From: Felis catus | Lineage: Eukaryota | Assembly: GCF_018350175.1 (NCBI RefSeq) | Contig: NC_058368.1 | Span: 238,454,001 to 238,518,000, forward strand | Length of the DNA: 64,000 nt | Reading direction: 5' to 3' | Part shown: one piece after another, positions 52,540 through 64,000 of the stretch | How the letters are laid out: each line of letters starts with the position of its first letter | How positions within the stretch are numbered: the stretch's first letter is position 1 | Notes under the pieces: model-generated | Told to the model about the DNA's origin: nothing | Seen by the model: the letters and a program-made list of their open reading frames with translations, nothing else | Database searches by the model: none | Made by a program: the position numbers and the translations under genes

Positions 52540-54450
52540 TCTGTCCCGTCCTTGGATTTCTTCCATTTAACTTTCGCGAGTTTCTCAAGTGAGACCCTGG
52601 GCCCTCGGTCTCCAAGCTCTCTTCTTCCCTAACAAAGCGTTCCACCACGTTTAACCTGGTATTTTCCCGATCGCTTAGTGCTAAGGGTATTTTAATTTTC
52701 ATTGTGACTCCTCCACCCTGTGAGGTGCCTTCAAGTCCCCAGATGTGTAGGGATGTCTCCTTGATCTGCCTGCGGTCCATGTGTGAAGCAGTCGCGTCTC
52801 GCTCAGACGTCTGCGACCCTGTTCCCGGAAGCGAGTGCGGGTCTGTGTGCGGCTGAGCCCCTGACCCTTGGCAGACGCTAGCGCATCCTGAGATGAACGT
52901 GCCCTCTAGCCGCTGACGCGCTCCCCCTTCCGTCCGCCCCGCTAGGCTGTGGTCGCTGCAGTCCGTCTTGTACCCGCGACGCCTTCGCCTTCGGCTTGGC
53001 TCGCCCAGAGGACTGGGAAACACTAGAATATCCCACCTGGGGAGCGTACCTGTCCACTTTCCCCCCGTAGCTCCAAGAGATTTTTGCTTTATATCCTAAG
53101 GCTGCTTCTGAGTTAAAGACACGTTTCGGACGGCCACATCTCCCCCGGGACTTCACACGTCTTCTCTCCCTTGTGGTGCTTTTGCTGCTAAAGTTCCCTG
53201 GGCTGAGATGAGCGTAGCCGCACCAGGTTTCTCCTGAGTCTCCCAGAAATATCTTGTGTAATCCTTCAAAGTTTTTAATGTTTTTTTTTTATTTTTTATT
53301 TTTTTATTTTTTTTTTATTAAATTTTTTTTTTCAACGTTTACTTATTTTTGGGACAGAGAGAGACAGAGCATGAACAGGGGAGGGGCAGAGAGAGAGGGA
53401 GACACAGAATCGGAAACAGGCTCCAGGCTCCGAGCCATCAGCCCAGAGCCTGACGCGGGGCTCGAACTCACAGACCGCGAGATCGTGACCTGGCTGAAGT
53501 CGGACGCTTAGCCGACTGCGCCACCCAGGCGCCCCTGTTTATTTTTGAGAGAGAGAGAGAGCACAAGCAGGGAGGTGCAGAGAGAGAGAAGGAGGCACAG
53601 AATGTGAAGCAGGCTCCAGGCTCCGAGCTGTCAGCACAGAGCCCGATGTGGGGCTCGAACCCGTGAACCCTGAGATCGTGACCTGAGCCACCCGGGCGCC
53701 CTCTTGTGTAATCTTTTCACTTTCAACTTTGCGGTGGTCTCAAAATGCAGGCCTCTTTTGCAGACCTGGGGTACACCTGGAATTTTTTGCTCTGACAGAG
53801 GTTCGTCCATTTACATTTGTTGTGATCATTAATGCATTTAGGCTTGATTCCATGATCTTTTTAACTCTTTGCTGCATTTTTAATGTTTCTTTTTTTCCTT
53901 TATTACCTTTTTATGGATCGCTTTTTGGAGGATTTGCTTTTTTTTGCCTTTTTCCCCTTTTTTCTGTTTGGAACTTACATACTCATATGCTTTACTTACA
54001 TAATTATACTTTATTCCTTTAACAGTTACCTTGGAAATCATACATACGTATCTCACTTTAAATATATCAAGTACCCCCATCGTTAATATTACAAGGACTT
54101 ATTATGCTATTAGCGTCCAATTTCTGTCTTTTTTTTTAACCCACAGGTTAGACACTATTATTATCACAATTATTGCTGTGTTGTATGGAAGTGCTCTCTT
54201 GGGTTAACGTGCATGTTGGCTGTTTATTTTTCCTCCCGACTTTTTGGCATATACGTCGCCCCTTTGAGGAGCGTTTTCTTGCTTGAAGAAACAGTCCTTC
54301 GGACTTGCCTTTAAGGAGGGCGCCTGACACACGTCCCTACTCTCGTGTGTCCGTGAACTTTATTCTGCCCTCACTCAGGAGACCGCTGCCGTGCGCGCAC
54401 GGTTCTCGGCGGACAGCTGCTGTCTTTGGCATCCTGAGGCTGCGCTCGGC
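52540..54450 (-). mobile_element. Antisense degraded LINE-1 remnant in intron 14
   Basis: T-rich L1-like text (ccatttacatttgttgtgatcattaatgcatttaggctt). Confidence 0.55.
53270..53701 (-). mobile_element. Two nested Can-SINEs (young 53281-53535 inside the tail of an older one ending at 53701)
   Basis: Two antisense bodies; outer TSD TCTTGTGTAATC at 53252-53263 and 53702-53713. Confidence 0.92.
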
Positions 54451-55791
54451 GGCTCCCTTTGCACGAGACATCGTGCGCGTCCAGGGTCTGTGGACGGGTG
54501 GGTGTCACCGGTTCTGGGAACCTTGCAGCCCACGCCTCCCACCCTTGCCCGTTGCCTCTGTTCCCCTCGGGGCTCCGGTGTGTGACACTCACCCAGCCCT
54601 CCGGGTCTCGGCTCCCTCAAAAGTTCCGTGAACTCCGCGACGCAGGCACGTGGACGTACAGCGCCCTCTCACTCGTGCACACACAGCTCCTCCTGTTAGA
54701 TGCATTTGTCTGAGTGACAAAGCCCCGTGAACTGCCACACGGACGCCACGCTGAGAAACACGTGCGCCTGCCCGCGCCCCTCCCCCCACCCCTGAAGCAA
54801 ACACAGTCCCCGCCACTTTGGTCTCTCGCTTGACCTCTGCGCCTTGTGGTCCCCGCACATCGATAGATACTTCTGTGTCCCTGAAAAGCGGACTGCTCTA
54901 AAGTGGGGCGTCCCCGTGGAGCTCTAGGGCTCCGGCCCCTTCCACCTGCCTGCCCTACACGGCCCTGCCCGGGCCCCCGGGGACCCCGGCGGGCAGTGTG
55001 TGTCCCGGCCAGGACTGCAGACGCGCCCTGCGGGTCCTCCTGGAGGGGGCGGGGAGCCCTGTCCCACCCGCGGTAGACTCAGCGTCTTCCCGCCCCTGGT
55101 GCGGCCGCACCAGGAACGAGCCTGCATGTTCTCGTTTCGAAGCGTTTAAAACATACGGTTCTTGCCATTTAGTGATCGAACGGCTTGTGCTCAAAAATAG
55201 GCCGAAGTAACAGCTGCATAATAGCAGGTGGTGACATTTGCCGGAGGACTAAATACCACTCTTGTCGGTCTTGGCCTCCCGGAGCGGTAAGTGGGGCCTG
55301 CCCCCGACTCCTCCGGGGTCGAGCAAACACAACGGAAGCGCAGGGTGCGGCCGTCCACGGGGACGGGGCTCAGAGGCCCCACAGAGGCGGCCCCGGGGCG
55401 CCCGGGGCACCGCCGGTCGGCCAGCCGGCGTTGTCCGCCCGGCGGCTGGCGTGACACACGCCCCGGGGGCCCCGCCCCGGCCCCCCCACCGCAGCCCTGC
55501 TCTCTGGCTGCTCCTCGCCAACGGGTTTGTTTACCTGTTTCTCTGAGGCTCAGCGTGTAAGTATTCACGTGTGGTTTATTCACGTACATTTACATTACGT
55601 GGAAGGCTGTTTACGCGAGGCGTATTCCTAGAAGCTCATCGTGGGCGTCCGGCCCGTGGCGCCCCAGACCAGCGTGCCCGGCTGAGCGTGCTGCGTGGCG
55701 GCCGGGCGCTCTGCTGGCGGGTCTCGGCCCAGGAGCCGCCTTTACCCAAGTGGCTCCCGCTTCGCTCCTGAAGAGGCCGTTTCCTTTCTAG

Positions 55792-55815
55792 CTGCGCCAC
55801 TGGCTCCTGGTGTAG
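55792..55815 (+). CDS. SLC6A3: SLC6A3 exon 15 coding part (LRHWLLV-stop, PDZ-binding end)
   Basis: ttcctttctag|CTG CGC CAC TGG CTC CTG GTG TAG. Confidence 0.95.
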   Translation: MRHWLLV

Positions 55816-57010
55816 AGGACGCAGAGGCCGGGGGGCCCCGCCGCGGGAAGCCGGGCTTCGGGAGAGACGGCTGCTCGGAGGCTCCCCCTTCTGCATTCCC
55901 GGGACCGCACCACGCAGAGGCTCAGCCCTGACCCCCTGCGCCCCTTCCTTGCCGCCAGGACGGGACCGGCCGTCCGTGCTGTGTCGCCGCGATAACTTGC
56001 CGTAGATCTGTGCCGTCCCCGCAGGTAGAAGACGTCCGTCCGTCCGTCCGTCCGTCCGCGTTCCGTGTGTGCCCCGCCAGCTCCCCTCCCCGGCCGCCCT
56101 GCAGCGCGGGTCCTGCTGTCGCCCGTGTGTTGAGGAGAAAAGTGGTAATTGTGGATGCCGAGAGCCCAGTGCTTGTAACTTCCTGGGTTCGGTTTGGGCT
56201 CAAATTAAGAAAGCCCATTGTCATATTTCGCCTCATTGTGCAGAAGGCACAGCGGGGAAACCGCACAAGGCAACAAACTGGGGGCCACCATGTGTCTCCA
56301 CGCCACGCACCCAGTCGGTCGCGGCCCCCCAAGGGTCCCGGCGTGTGCAGCGCGGATGCTCTGTATTTCCTTCTAGCCAAGAGAAATAAAACCCCGGGGA
56401 GTCCGAGTGAACCCCAGTCAGCCGTGGCCACCTCACGTGGACCCCCGGCCGTGGGAGAAGGCGTGCTCCTCACGTGTGGAGCACGTGCCCACCTGGCGGG
56501 CCCTGACCACACAGCGTGCCCGTGGCAGGCGGCCTGGAGACCTGGGCCCTGGCGAGGAAGGCCCCCGGGACTTGATTTCTCCCAGGCACACGTCGCATCA
56601 GTAACAACACCGTTGACGTTAGGGAATGGCTGTTTTAAATCCTTTTTCCCTGTGAATCAAAGCCGGTTCTCAGAACGCAGGGTTGGTTTCTGAACATCTG
56701 CTTGCCAACGTTCCAGTTGTCGGTTAAGGAATATCAGCCACGCCGGTGCAGACCGCGGCCCGCGTCGCCTGGAGGGAAGCAGCTGCCGGAAGTCAGAACC
56801 CTGCCGCGTGGTGGCCCAGCGAGGGGACCCTGGTGCCCGGGGCCGAGGAGCTCCCCGCGCAGGGAAACCAGCTCGTGGGCTGTCGGGGGTCATGGCCAAC
56901 AGGAACCGGGTCTACCTCCTTCTGAGGAGCTGAGTACTCTGCATAGATAACGGGTGTCGCATCTGTCTGTCTGTGTCCGTGGTCGGCATCTTGTGTGACG
57001 CATCACCAAC

Positions 57011-57016
57011 AATAAA
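57011..57016 (+). terminator. SLC6A3: Probable SLC6A3 polyadenylation signal AATAAA
   Basis: AATAAA about 1.2 kb after the stop codon, followed by GU/U-rich sequence. An earlier AATAAA near 56385 is an alternative. Confidence 0.65.
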
Positions 57017-58694
57017 TCCGTGTGGGAAAAACCACCGTAGCTCTGTGGCTACCTTTTCTTGGCTGGAGCGATGGCCTCACCCACCTTGTGCCTGAGGCTC
57101 TCACTCCTGAGTCAGTTCTTCTAACCCAGCTCCTCCCTCACCCACAGGGAGCACAGCTGGGCCTCTGGGGAGCAGGCCTTAACCTGAGCCCCCCGCCCAC
57201 ACCTACAGGTGTCCCTGGTGCCCACTGGCTCAGCCCCACCCTGGCTCGACTCTCTGGAGCCCTCATGCGCTCGTCCGCTCCCCTGCAGGCTCCCCACCTG
57301 TCCAGACTCCAGCCCTGCAGTCAGACCACCACACCCCCAACCCAAGCCCTTCTTCTGGGGACAAGACACCAGAGTCCTGTGTGGCTCCCTGCCCTTGGTC
57401 CCTGAGAATCTCTCGTCCAGTCTGTGGCCAGAGGGGTCCCTCTAGATGCCAGTCAGCTCTGCCCCTCAGCTGGTCCCTCCCGCCAGGCTGTGACCCACCT
57501 CCCAGGACACCGGTCACTCCTACAAGGCCCCCAGCCCTGCCCCCAGCTGGCGGATCCCGCAGGCACACCCACATCAGGGCCCTCCTGCCCCCACCCACGT
57601 GGCCATGCTTGCCCCAGATCGCCCTCCCCAAAGGACACCTAGCTTCCTTCAGGGACCGTGGGACACGCACAGAGAGTCTTCCTGTCAGTTCCACGGCCCC
57701 AGCCACGTGCTGCTGACCCAGGCCTCGACCATCCGGAGCTTCCTGCGCTGCTTCCCCGGGGTCCGGTCTGCTGCATGGCTGCAGCCCACCTTCCCGGGCC
57801 CCCAGGTGTCTCCACCTCTGCCAGCCTGTGGATGTCGAGGGTGAAGACGAGCCATCACAACGGACCCCAATGGGACAGAAACCCTGCCCCAAGGGGATGA
57901 GCCACGTGGGCCCTAGCGTGGTTATGCCTCCCGAGGCACCAGTCACCAAGGTGCCTCGGGAGCCGGCAAGGTCCACTCTGACTCAGTGTCCGTGGCCTCC
58001 GGCAGCTCAGGCAGGACCCTGGCCTGTTCCGTTCCTGCTGTACCCTCCCCCAGGCGCCGGTGGCCACGGTCCCCCACGGGGAGGCCTCTGGGCGTCACAT
58101 ACCTGGGAGAGCTGTGGGGCCAGAGGTCTTGGGGTGGGAAGGACGTCCAAAACTCCTGGAGGCCAGGTTGTCCGCGTCCCTGGACACATGGGGACACGCA
58201 CGTACACCCACTGTGCGTGCTGCACACGCCACATACGTGAAGCTGCAGACACGTGGGCTGCCCTCTTCGTACATGCCCCCCCCACGGCACATGTGCGTGG
58301 ACACACACACCACGCACGCCGCACACATCACACGTGAGCACGCGTGTGCACGCCCACGCGCTCTCACGCCCGGTCTGCAGCAATCAGCAGAGATCCTCCA
58401 GAAAGCCGAGCGTGTGCAGTGCCTTTCTGGACGGTTCCGGGGGCTGCCTTCACAGAGCCACGCCTCCCCAGAGCTGCCGAGAGACCCGGTCTCCACAGCC
58501 CTTGGGTTATGACGGGAGTTTCGCTGGTGTCCTGGCCCCAAGTGTCCGGGCTGGGGTCCTGCCTAGGCAGTCCGCGGACAGACAGCCGTGTGCTTCCCAG
58601 AGCTGAGCCACATACGGAGGCGACGAGGGGCTCATCCCTCGAATATATAAAGAACTCCTACAAGTCAATAAAAACGGGACGTTGCTGGTCAGTG

Positions 58695-59566
58695 GTCAGT
58701 GTTGACTCTGAGTCCAGTTCTGACACGCGGGGGTTTTCCCCACGCCGGGCAGTTCTGTGTGACCCCGGCGGGCTGTCTGGAGGTTTGGCTACTCCTGACA
58801 CCATCCGCCAGATCCCACAGGCTCAGGGCTCGGTCCCGCAAGACGTCCACTTCCGCTCTGGGTGAGTCACAAGTGCGGGCTGTCACCTGCGCTTCTGCCC
58901 GAATGGCCGCAAGTCAGAGGTTCCCACAGCCCCCTGTTCAGGTTCAATGCTTTGCTCGAGTGGCTCACAGATCTCAGAAAACCAAAGAGCACTGGTTTGT
59001 TACCAAGGGTGTCAAAGGTGACGGGTCAACAGCCAGAGGAAGACATACACAGGGCGACGTCCCCAGCCAAAGGATTTCTGGGATTCGGGCCCAGCACGGT
59101 GCTGCACGGAGCGGTCCGGCCCGCCAGCCGGGATGCCCCCTGAACCCCGTCCTTCCGGGTTTTAGGAGGCTTCACCGCGCGCTGTGGTGGACTGAGTCAC
59201 GGGCCACTGGTCGCTGATCCAGCCCCAGCCGAGGCTCCCCCAGAAACCAGGGGTGGGGCTAAATCTTCCAACCCTCAATTCAGGGGGGTTCCTCTGGCAA
59301 CCAGTGCTCCTTCGGGGTTTCCCACAGTGCCCTCGTCCAGTAAGACCAGCGGGGCTGGAAAAGGGCTGCGGGTGAGACACACACTTCACCCTGGTGGCTG
59401 CAAGTGATTCAGGAGCTGAGGACCAGAGACCAAATGCTGTAACACAAGATGCTCCCATGACTCTTCTCTCAGGAAACTCCAAGAGTTTTGGGAGCTGTGA
59501 GCCAGGAGCCCTGGATGAAAACCAAACGTATACAGTATGTGCGTAAGTTATAAGTTACAACGTCAC
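58695..59566. mobile_element. MER21-like ERVL LTR remnant inserted in an L1
   Basis: cagatcccacaggctcagggctcggtcccgcaagac; ttcaatgctttgctcgagtggctcacagatctcagaaa; ends ...ttacaacgtcaca. L1-like text lies on both sides. Confidence 0.65.
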
Positions 59567-60569
59567 AAAAACCCAGTAGGGAGACGGGCAGGTGCAGAGC
59601 AGAGAACGCGTGTCCCCGTGGCCGATGTGCCTACGGAAAGATACTCAGGCTTGTTAAAGAAGCGAGGATGTGCGAGGCAGACCACGACGTGACACCACCC
59701 ATCACCTGCCCCACCGGCGAAATTTGAGAAGTCCGCCCCCTGCCCCGTGCCAGTGAGCAGGCAGGGGCAGGGAGCCCCCGTACATTTCGGGCAGGAAAGC
59801 AAATGAACACATCTACTCGGGAAAGCGTTTGCACGGCCTACAAAGTTGAACGTACTGTCGCAAAACCAGTTTTGGGTGCTCGGGGGCCCCACCCCACGTG
59901 CGGTATTTCTTCCGCCACCAGGTGTGACATTCCCCACCTGCCCGGGCTGTAGCCTAGCAGTTTAGGTCCGGAGCACCCCAGGGACTGCCTCGCCCAGAGA
60001 TGCCTGGCTTTCAAGGCCCGCCCGGGAGTGGCCGGTTGCCAAGCCCCGGCTGAGACGGGTGTACACAAGCCGGGCACCCCACCTGAGGCAGAAGTGTGCT
60101 CCGGGCCCCCCGAGGGTCGGGCCGGGCTCCACTGCACCTGAAACCAGACCTGTTCTTGGCCACCCCTCCCCCTCGCTTTCTCCTGAGGGTGCCCCCCTTC
60201 CGAATCGGGCGCACCCCCGCGTCAGGCTCTGCTGCTCAGGAGTCCCAACCGGGGATGACGTGCCCCCCCAAATGCCACAATTCCACCCCCAACTATGTGC
60301 CCCCCCCAAGCGTGCGCACATCTGTCAGGAGCACGTGCGAGTGCTTACGAACGCACAAGGGGACCAGCGGAAATGCCGGTCAGCCCGGGGGTGAGCGCGG
60401 TCCAGCTTAGCAGGAGAGGACCTGTGGCAGATGGCAATGACCTCGGGGGTGGCATCGGAGGTGAACTCGTGTCCCCCCAGCATGTCAGAGCAGGACCTTG
60501 TTTGGAGATGTAATTACTGTTACGCTACGGTGGTTCTGGAAGATATTCGAGCCCATGAGCGTTTCCGTG

Positions 60570-60998
60570 GCCCCACACACTCGACAGCACAAGTGGTTGT
60601 CATTGCACATGTGAAGTGGTGTCCTACGTGGGAAAGACATTTAACGGGACGTAATTAGTTAACGTGAGGTCATAGGAAGGAGGTCCGTGTAACCCACTGT
60701 GTCTGGTGACCTGCAGGGGGAGGAGAGAGATGGAGATGCAGACGCGCAGGGAGAAGGACGTGTGACCACAAAGGGACAGTATGAAGCAATGTGGCCCGAG
60801 ACCAGAGGTCACTACCAGAAGCCAGGAGAGGAACATGGGATAGAGGAACTCTCTCTCAGGGCCCTGGGGAAGGGACAGCCCTGCCAATAGCTTGCCTTCA
60901 AACTTGGACTCTAGGATAGTGAGAGAGTATGTTTCTGTTGTTTTAGGCCACCCGGCCCTGGCTGTTCTGTGACAGCAGCCCCAGGGAACTAGAATAGG
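60570..60998 (+). mobile_element. MaLR (MLT1-like) LTR
   Basis: gtaattagttaacgtgaggtcatagg...cagccctgccaatagcttgccttcaaactt...tttctgttgttttaggccaccc...gtgacagcagccccagggaactag. Confidence 0.75.
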
Positions 60999-61479
60999 TG
61001 GTGGGTTTGCCCAGCATGGGAACTCAGGTTCCCTGTCACCACATGCTGGGGTCCACCTCGCCAGTCTTCTCCTCTGCCTATCCCTCTGTCTAGAACAATC
61101 TCCTTTCCACTCCCATCCCCCACTTTCTAACCACCGAACCCTCACACCATCCCTGCTTCTCTTGGACATCACCTCTAGAAGTCTGCTCTAACCCCTGCTC
61201 CTGGGCTCAGCCCTGGTACTGCTTCTTAAACCCCTCCACTCTCCCCAGCTGGCCCCAGCAGGCGCCCTATGGAAGGGGAGTGCTGTCTCTGTCTTCAGTG
61301 GGCTGGGAGCTCCCCTGGGAGCAAGGACTGAGGAGTCGGTCTTATCATTTCTGCCAATGTCTTGAATAGGCCCCGCACATGGTTCATAGTGGCACTTAAT
61401 ATATACTTACACAAAAATGAGTTAATGGGTGGGCATTTACATGAACGGGTGGATGAACGGATAGGCGGGGATTTGGTGA

Positions 61480-62800
61480 ATGGGTAGATGGATGAACAGA
61501 AGGATAGGTGGAAGAAGGGGAGAAAGGAAGGAAGAAGGAGTAGAGGAATGGATGGGAGGGTGGGTGGGTGGATGATGAATGGATAGATGATGGAGGAATG
61601 GATAGATGAATATGCAGATGGGTGATTGATGGGCAGGTGGTTGGGTTGTTGGATAGTGAATGAATGGATGGATGGATGGATGGATGGATGGTGGATGAAT
61701 GGACAATGGATGGATGGATGGATGGATGGATGGTGGATAGATGGATGGGTGAATGGTTGGATGGATGGATGATGGATGGATGGAGGAGTACTTGGATGGA
61801 TGAGCACGTAGGTGAATGGATGGATGATGGGTGAATGGACGGACAGTGGATGGATGGATGGTTGGATGATGGATGGATGGGTGGATGGGTGGATGATGGA
61901 TGAATGGATGGAAGATGGATGGATGATGGATGGATGGTTAGTTGGGTGGGTGGGTGGATGGATGGATGGATGGATGAATGGTGGATGGGTGGATGGATGG
62001 TGAATGGATGGATGGATGGGTGAATGATTGGATGGATGGATGATGGATGGATGGAGGAGTACTTGGATGGATGAGCAGGTAGGTGAATGGATGGATGGAC
62101 GGATGATGGGTGAATGGACGGACAATGGATGGATGGATGATGGATGGATGATGGATGGATGGGTGGATGGATGGTTGATGAATGGATGGATGGATGGATG
62201 GTTAGTTGGGTGGGTGGGTGGATGGATGGATGGATGGATGGATGGATGAATGGTGGATGGGTGGATGGGTGGTGGATGGATGGATGGATGGGTGAATGGT
62301 TGGATGGATGAATGATGACGGATGGAGGAGTACTTGGAGGGATGAGCAGGTAGGTGGATGGATGGGTGGATGGATGGTGGATGGATGGATGGATGGATGG
62401 ATGGTGGATGGGTGGATGGATGGATGGATGGATGGAGGAGTACTTGGATGGATGAGCAGGTAGATGGATGGATGGATGGATGGTGGATGGATGGATGATG
62501 GGTGAATGGATGGACAATGGATGAATGGATGGATGGTGGATGGATAGATGGATGGTAGATGGATAGTGGATGCATGGGTGGTTGGATGGGTGAATTATTG
62601 GATGAATGGATGATGGATGGATGGAAGAGTACTTGGATGGATGAGCAGGTAGGTGGATAGATGGATGGATGGATGGATGGATGGTGGATGGATGGTGCAT
62701 GGTTGGATGGGTGGATGGATGGGGAATGGTTGGATGGATAGGTGATGGATGGATGGAGGAGTACTTGGATGGATGAGCAGGTGGGTGGATGGATGGGAGC
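61480..62800. repeat. Compound (GGAT)n tract with recurrent GGAGGAGTACTTGGATGGATGAGCAGG subunit
   Basis: Directly visible. Confidence 0.97.
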
Positions 62801-64000
62801 ATAGGTGCTGGACGGGAGTATGAATGAATGAAAGGTCCTCTATTACACCTAAAAGTCTGTCGTTCTGGTCCAATGTCAAATCCCTGCTGTGGGACTTGAC
62901 ATGAATGCTATATTTAGCATTTATTCTTGGAGGACATGGCACTCTTTAATACAAGTGAAATTAACCTCCAAACCCTGAAGCCATGTTTTCTCCCCACACT
63001 AACCTCCTGCAGAAAGCAAGCTCCCTGGGAGGGAAGAGCCTGCCCCTGCCCCATATCCTGTCTACGCAGGTCTCAGTCCCTGTGTCCACGCTGCACTTTA
63101 CCATCGGATTTATGCTCTTCACCAAGTGACCTTTAGACACAAAGTCTGGCTGTTAAAGCCCAGAAAAGCCATGTGATTTTTCCTTTGAGAGAAGCATTTT
63201 AATAAAGTTTCTGTATCCGTGAAAGAGGTGATTTATGGAGTAAATGGATTCTCCGTGTTTGGCTTTTCTTATATTTATTCCACAATCCCACTTTAATCTC
63301 TGTAGATGCATCTGACCAGCCAAAGTTCATGGCTTTTACCTGCTTCCTGATTACTGACAGCAGAAAAAGAGGTTGCCTTTTTTGAGATACAGTTAATTAG
63401 TAAGTCCTGTGCGCCGCTGTCCCCATGGAAGACACTGCCCACTGCCCTCTTCTTCCCAAAGACCCCTGGGTCACAACCGTAGCACAAAGCCTGGGGCACC
63501 CACCCACCCCGCAGAGCAGGGTCCTAAAACCCAGCCCACCTGACTGCACAGAGAAGGCTCACCCCAGGGCTGGGAAAACAAAACAAAAGCCAGCGGCTCC
63601 CCCACCTGTGTCTGCAGGTGGGGGTGGGGGGTTGCCTGGACTCCCCCCCACCCAGCTTCCCGGTGCGGAGTTGGCTGGGCGGGGGAGCAGTCCCTTCATC
63701 CAAGTTCGAGAGCCATGGCCTTCTTTCAACTGCCATTTTTGGTGTCCTTACACAGAATGGAAATGGCAGAATATTTCAATTTAGTGAGTCTGGCTTCATT
63801 CTTCATTTTAACAAAACAGAAAACACGAGTCAGTGCACCTGAGAACAGGGCAAGTTCCACTGTGTGGAACATGTGCTTCAGGTGTGTGCACGTGAGAGAG
63901 AGAGCGAGAGAGGATCAGAGACAGAGAGAGATGGAGAGACACAGGGACAGAGCAGGGGAAGGGGTGGCGAGGCAGGAGGAAGGGGCAGGGAGAAGGAGAG

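Overview
Mammalian genomic DNA, GC-rich and repeat-dense. Can-SINEs of the SINEC_Fc type indicate a felid, probably cat. The window holds the complete dopamine transporter gene SLC6A3 (DAT) on the + strand: a CpG-island promoter with GC boxes and a TAAGA element (~13.5 kb), a non-coding exon 1, 14 coding exons with canonical GT-AG junctions (16071-55815, 607 aa predicted) and an AATAAA at 57011. The rest is old L1, MaLR/MER21 LTR and MER5 remnants, Can-SINEs and many large minisatellites. Almost all long ORFs in the track are artefacts of GC content or tandem repeats. I found no convincing new multi-gene system. The main oddities are: (1) the orthologous DAT start codon reads ACC, implying an N-terminally truncated or non-AUG-initiated transporter; (2) a minisatellite built from ~13 copies of the exon-4 splice acceptor, 12 leading straight to an in-frame TGA; (3) apparent loss of Zn2+-site residues and one glycosylation sequon in EL2; (4) an E-box/N-box minisatellite upstream and an E-box palindrome in the 3' UTR. 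All human comparisons are from recalled sequence and need checking by alignment.
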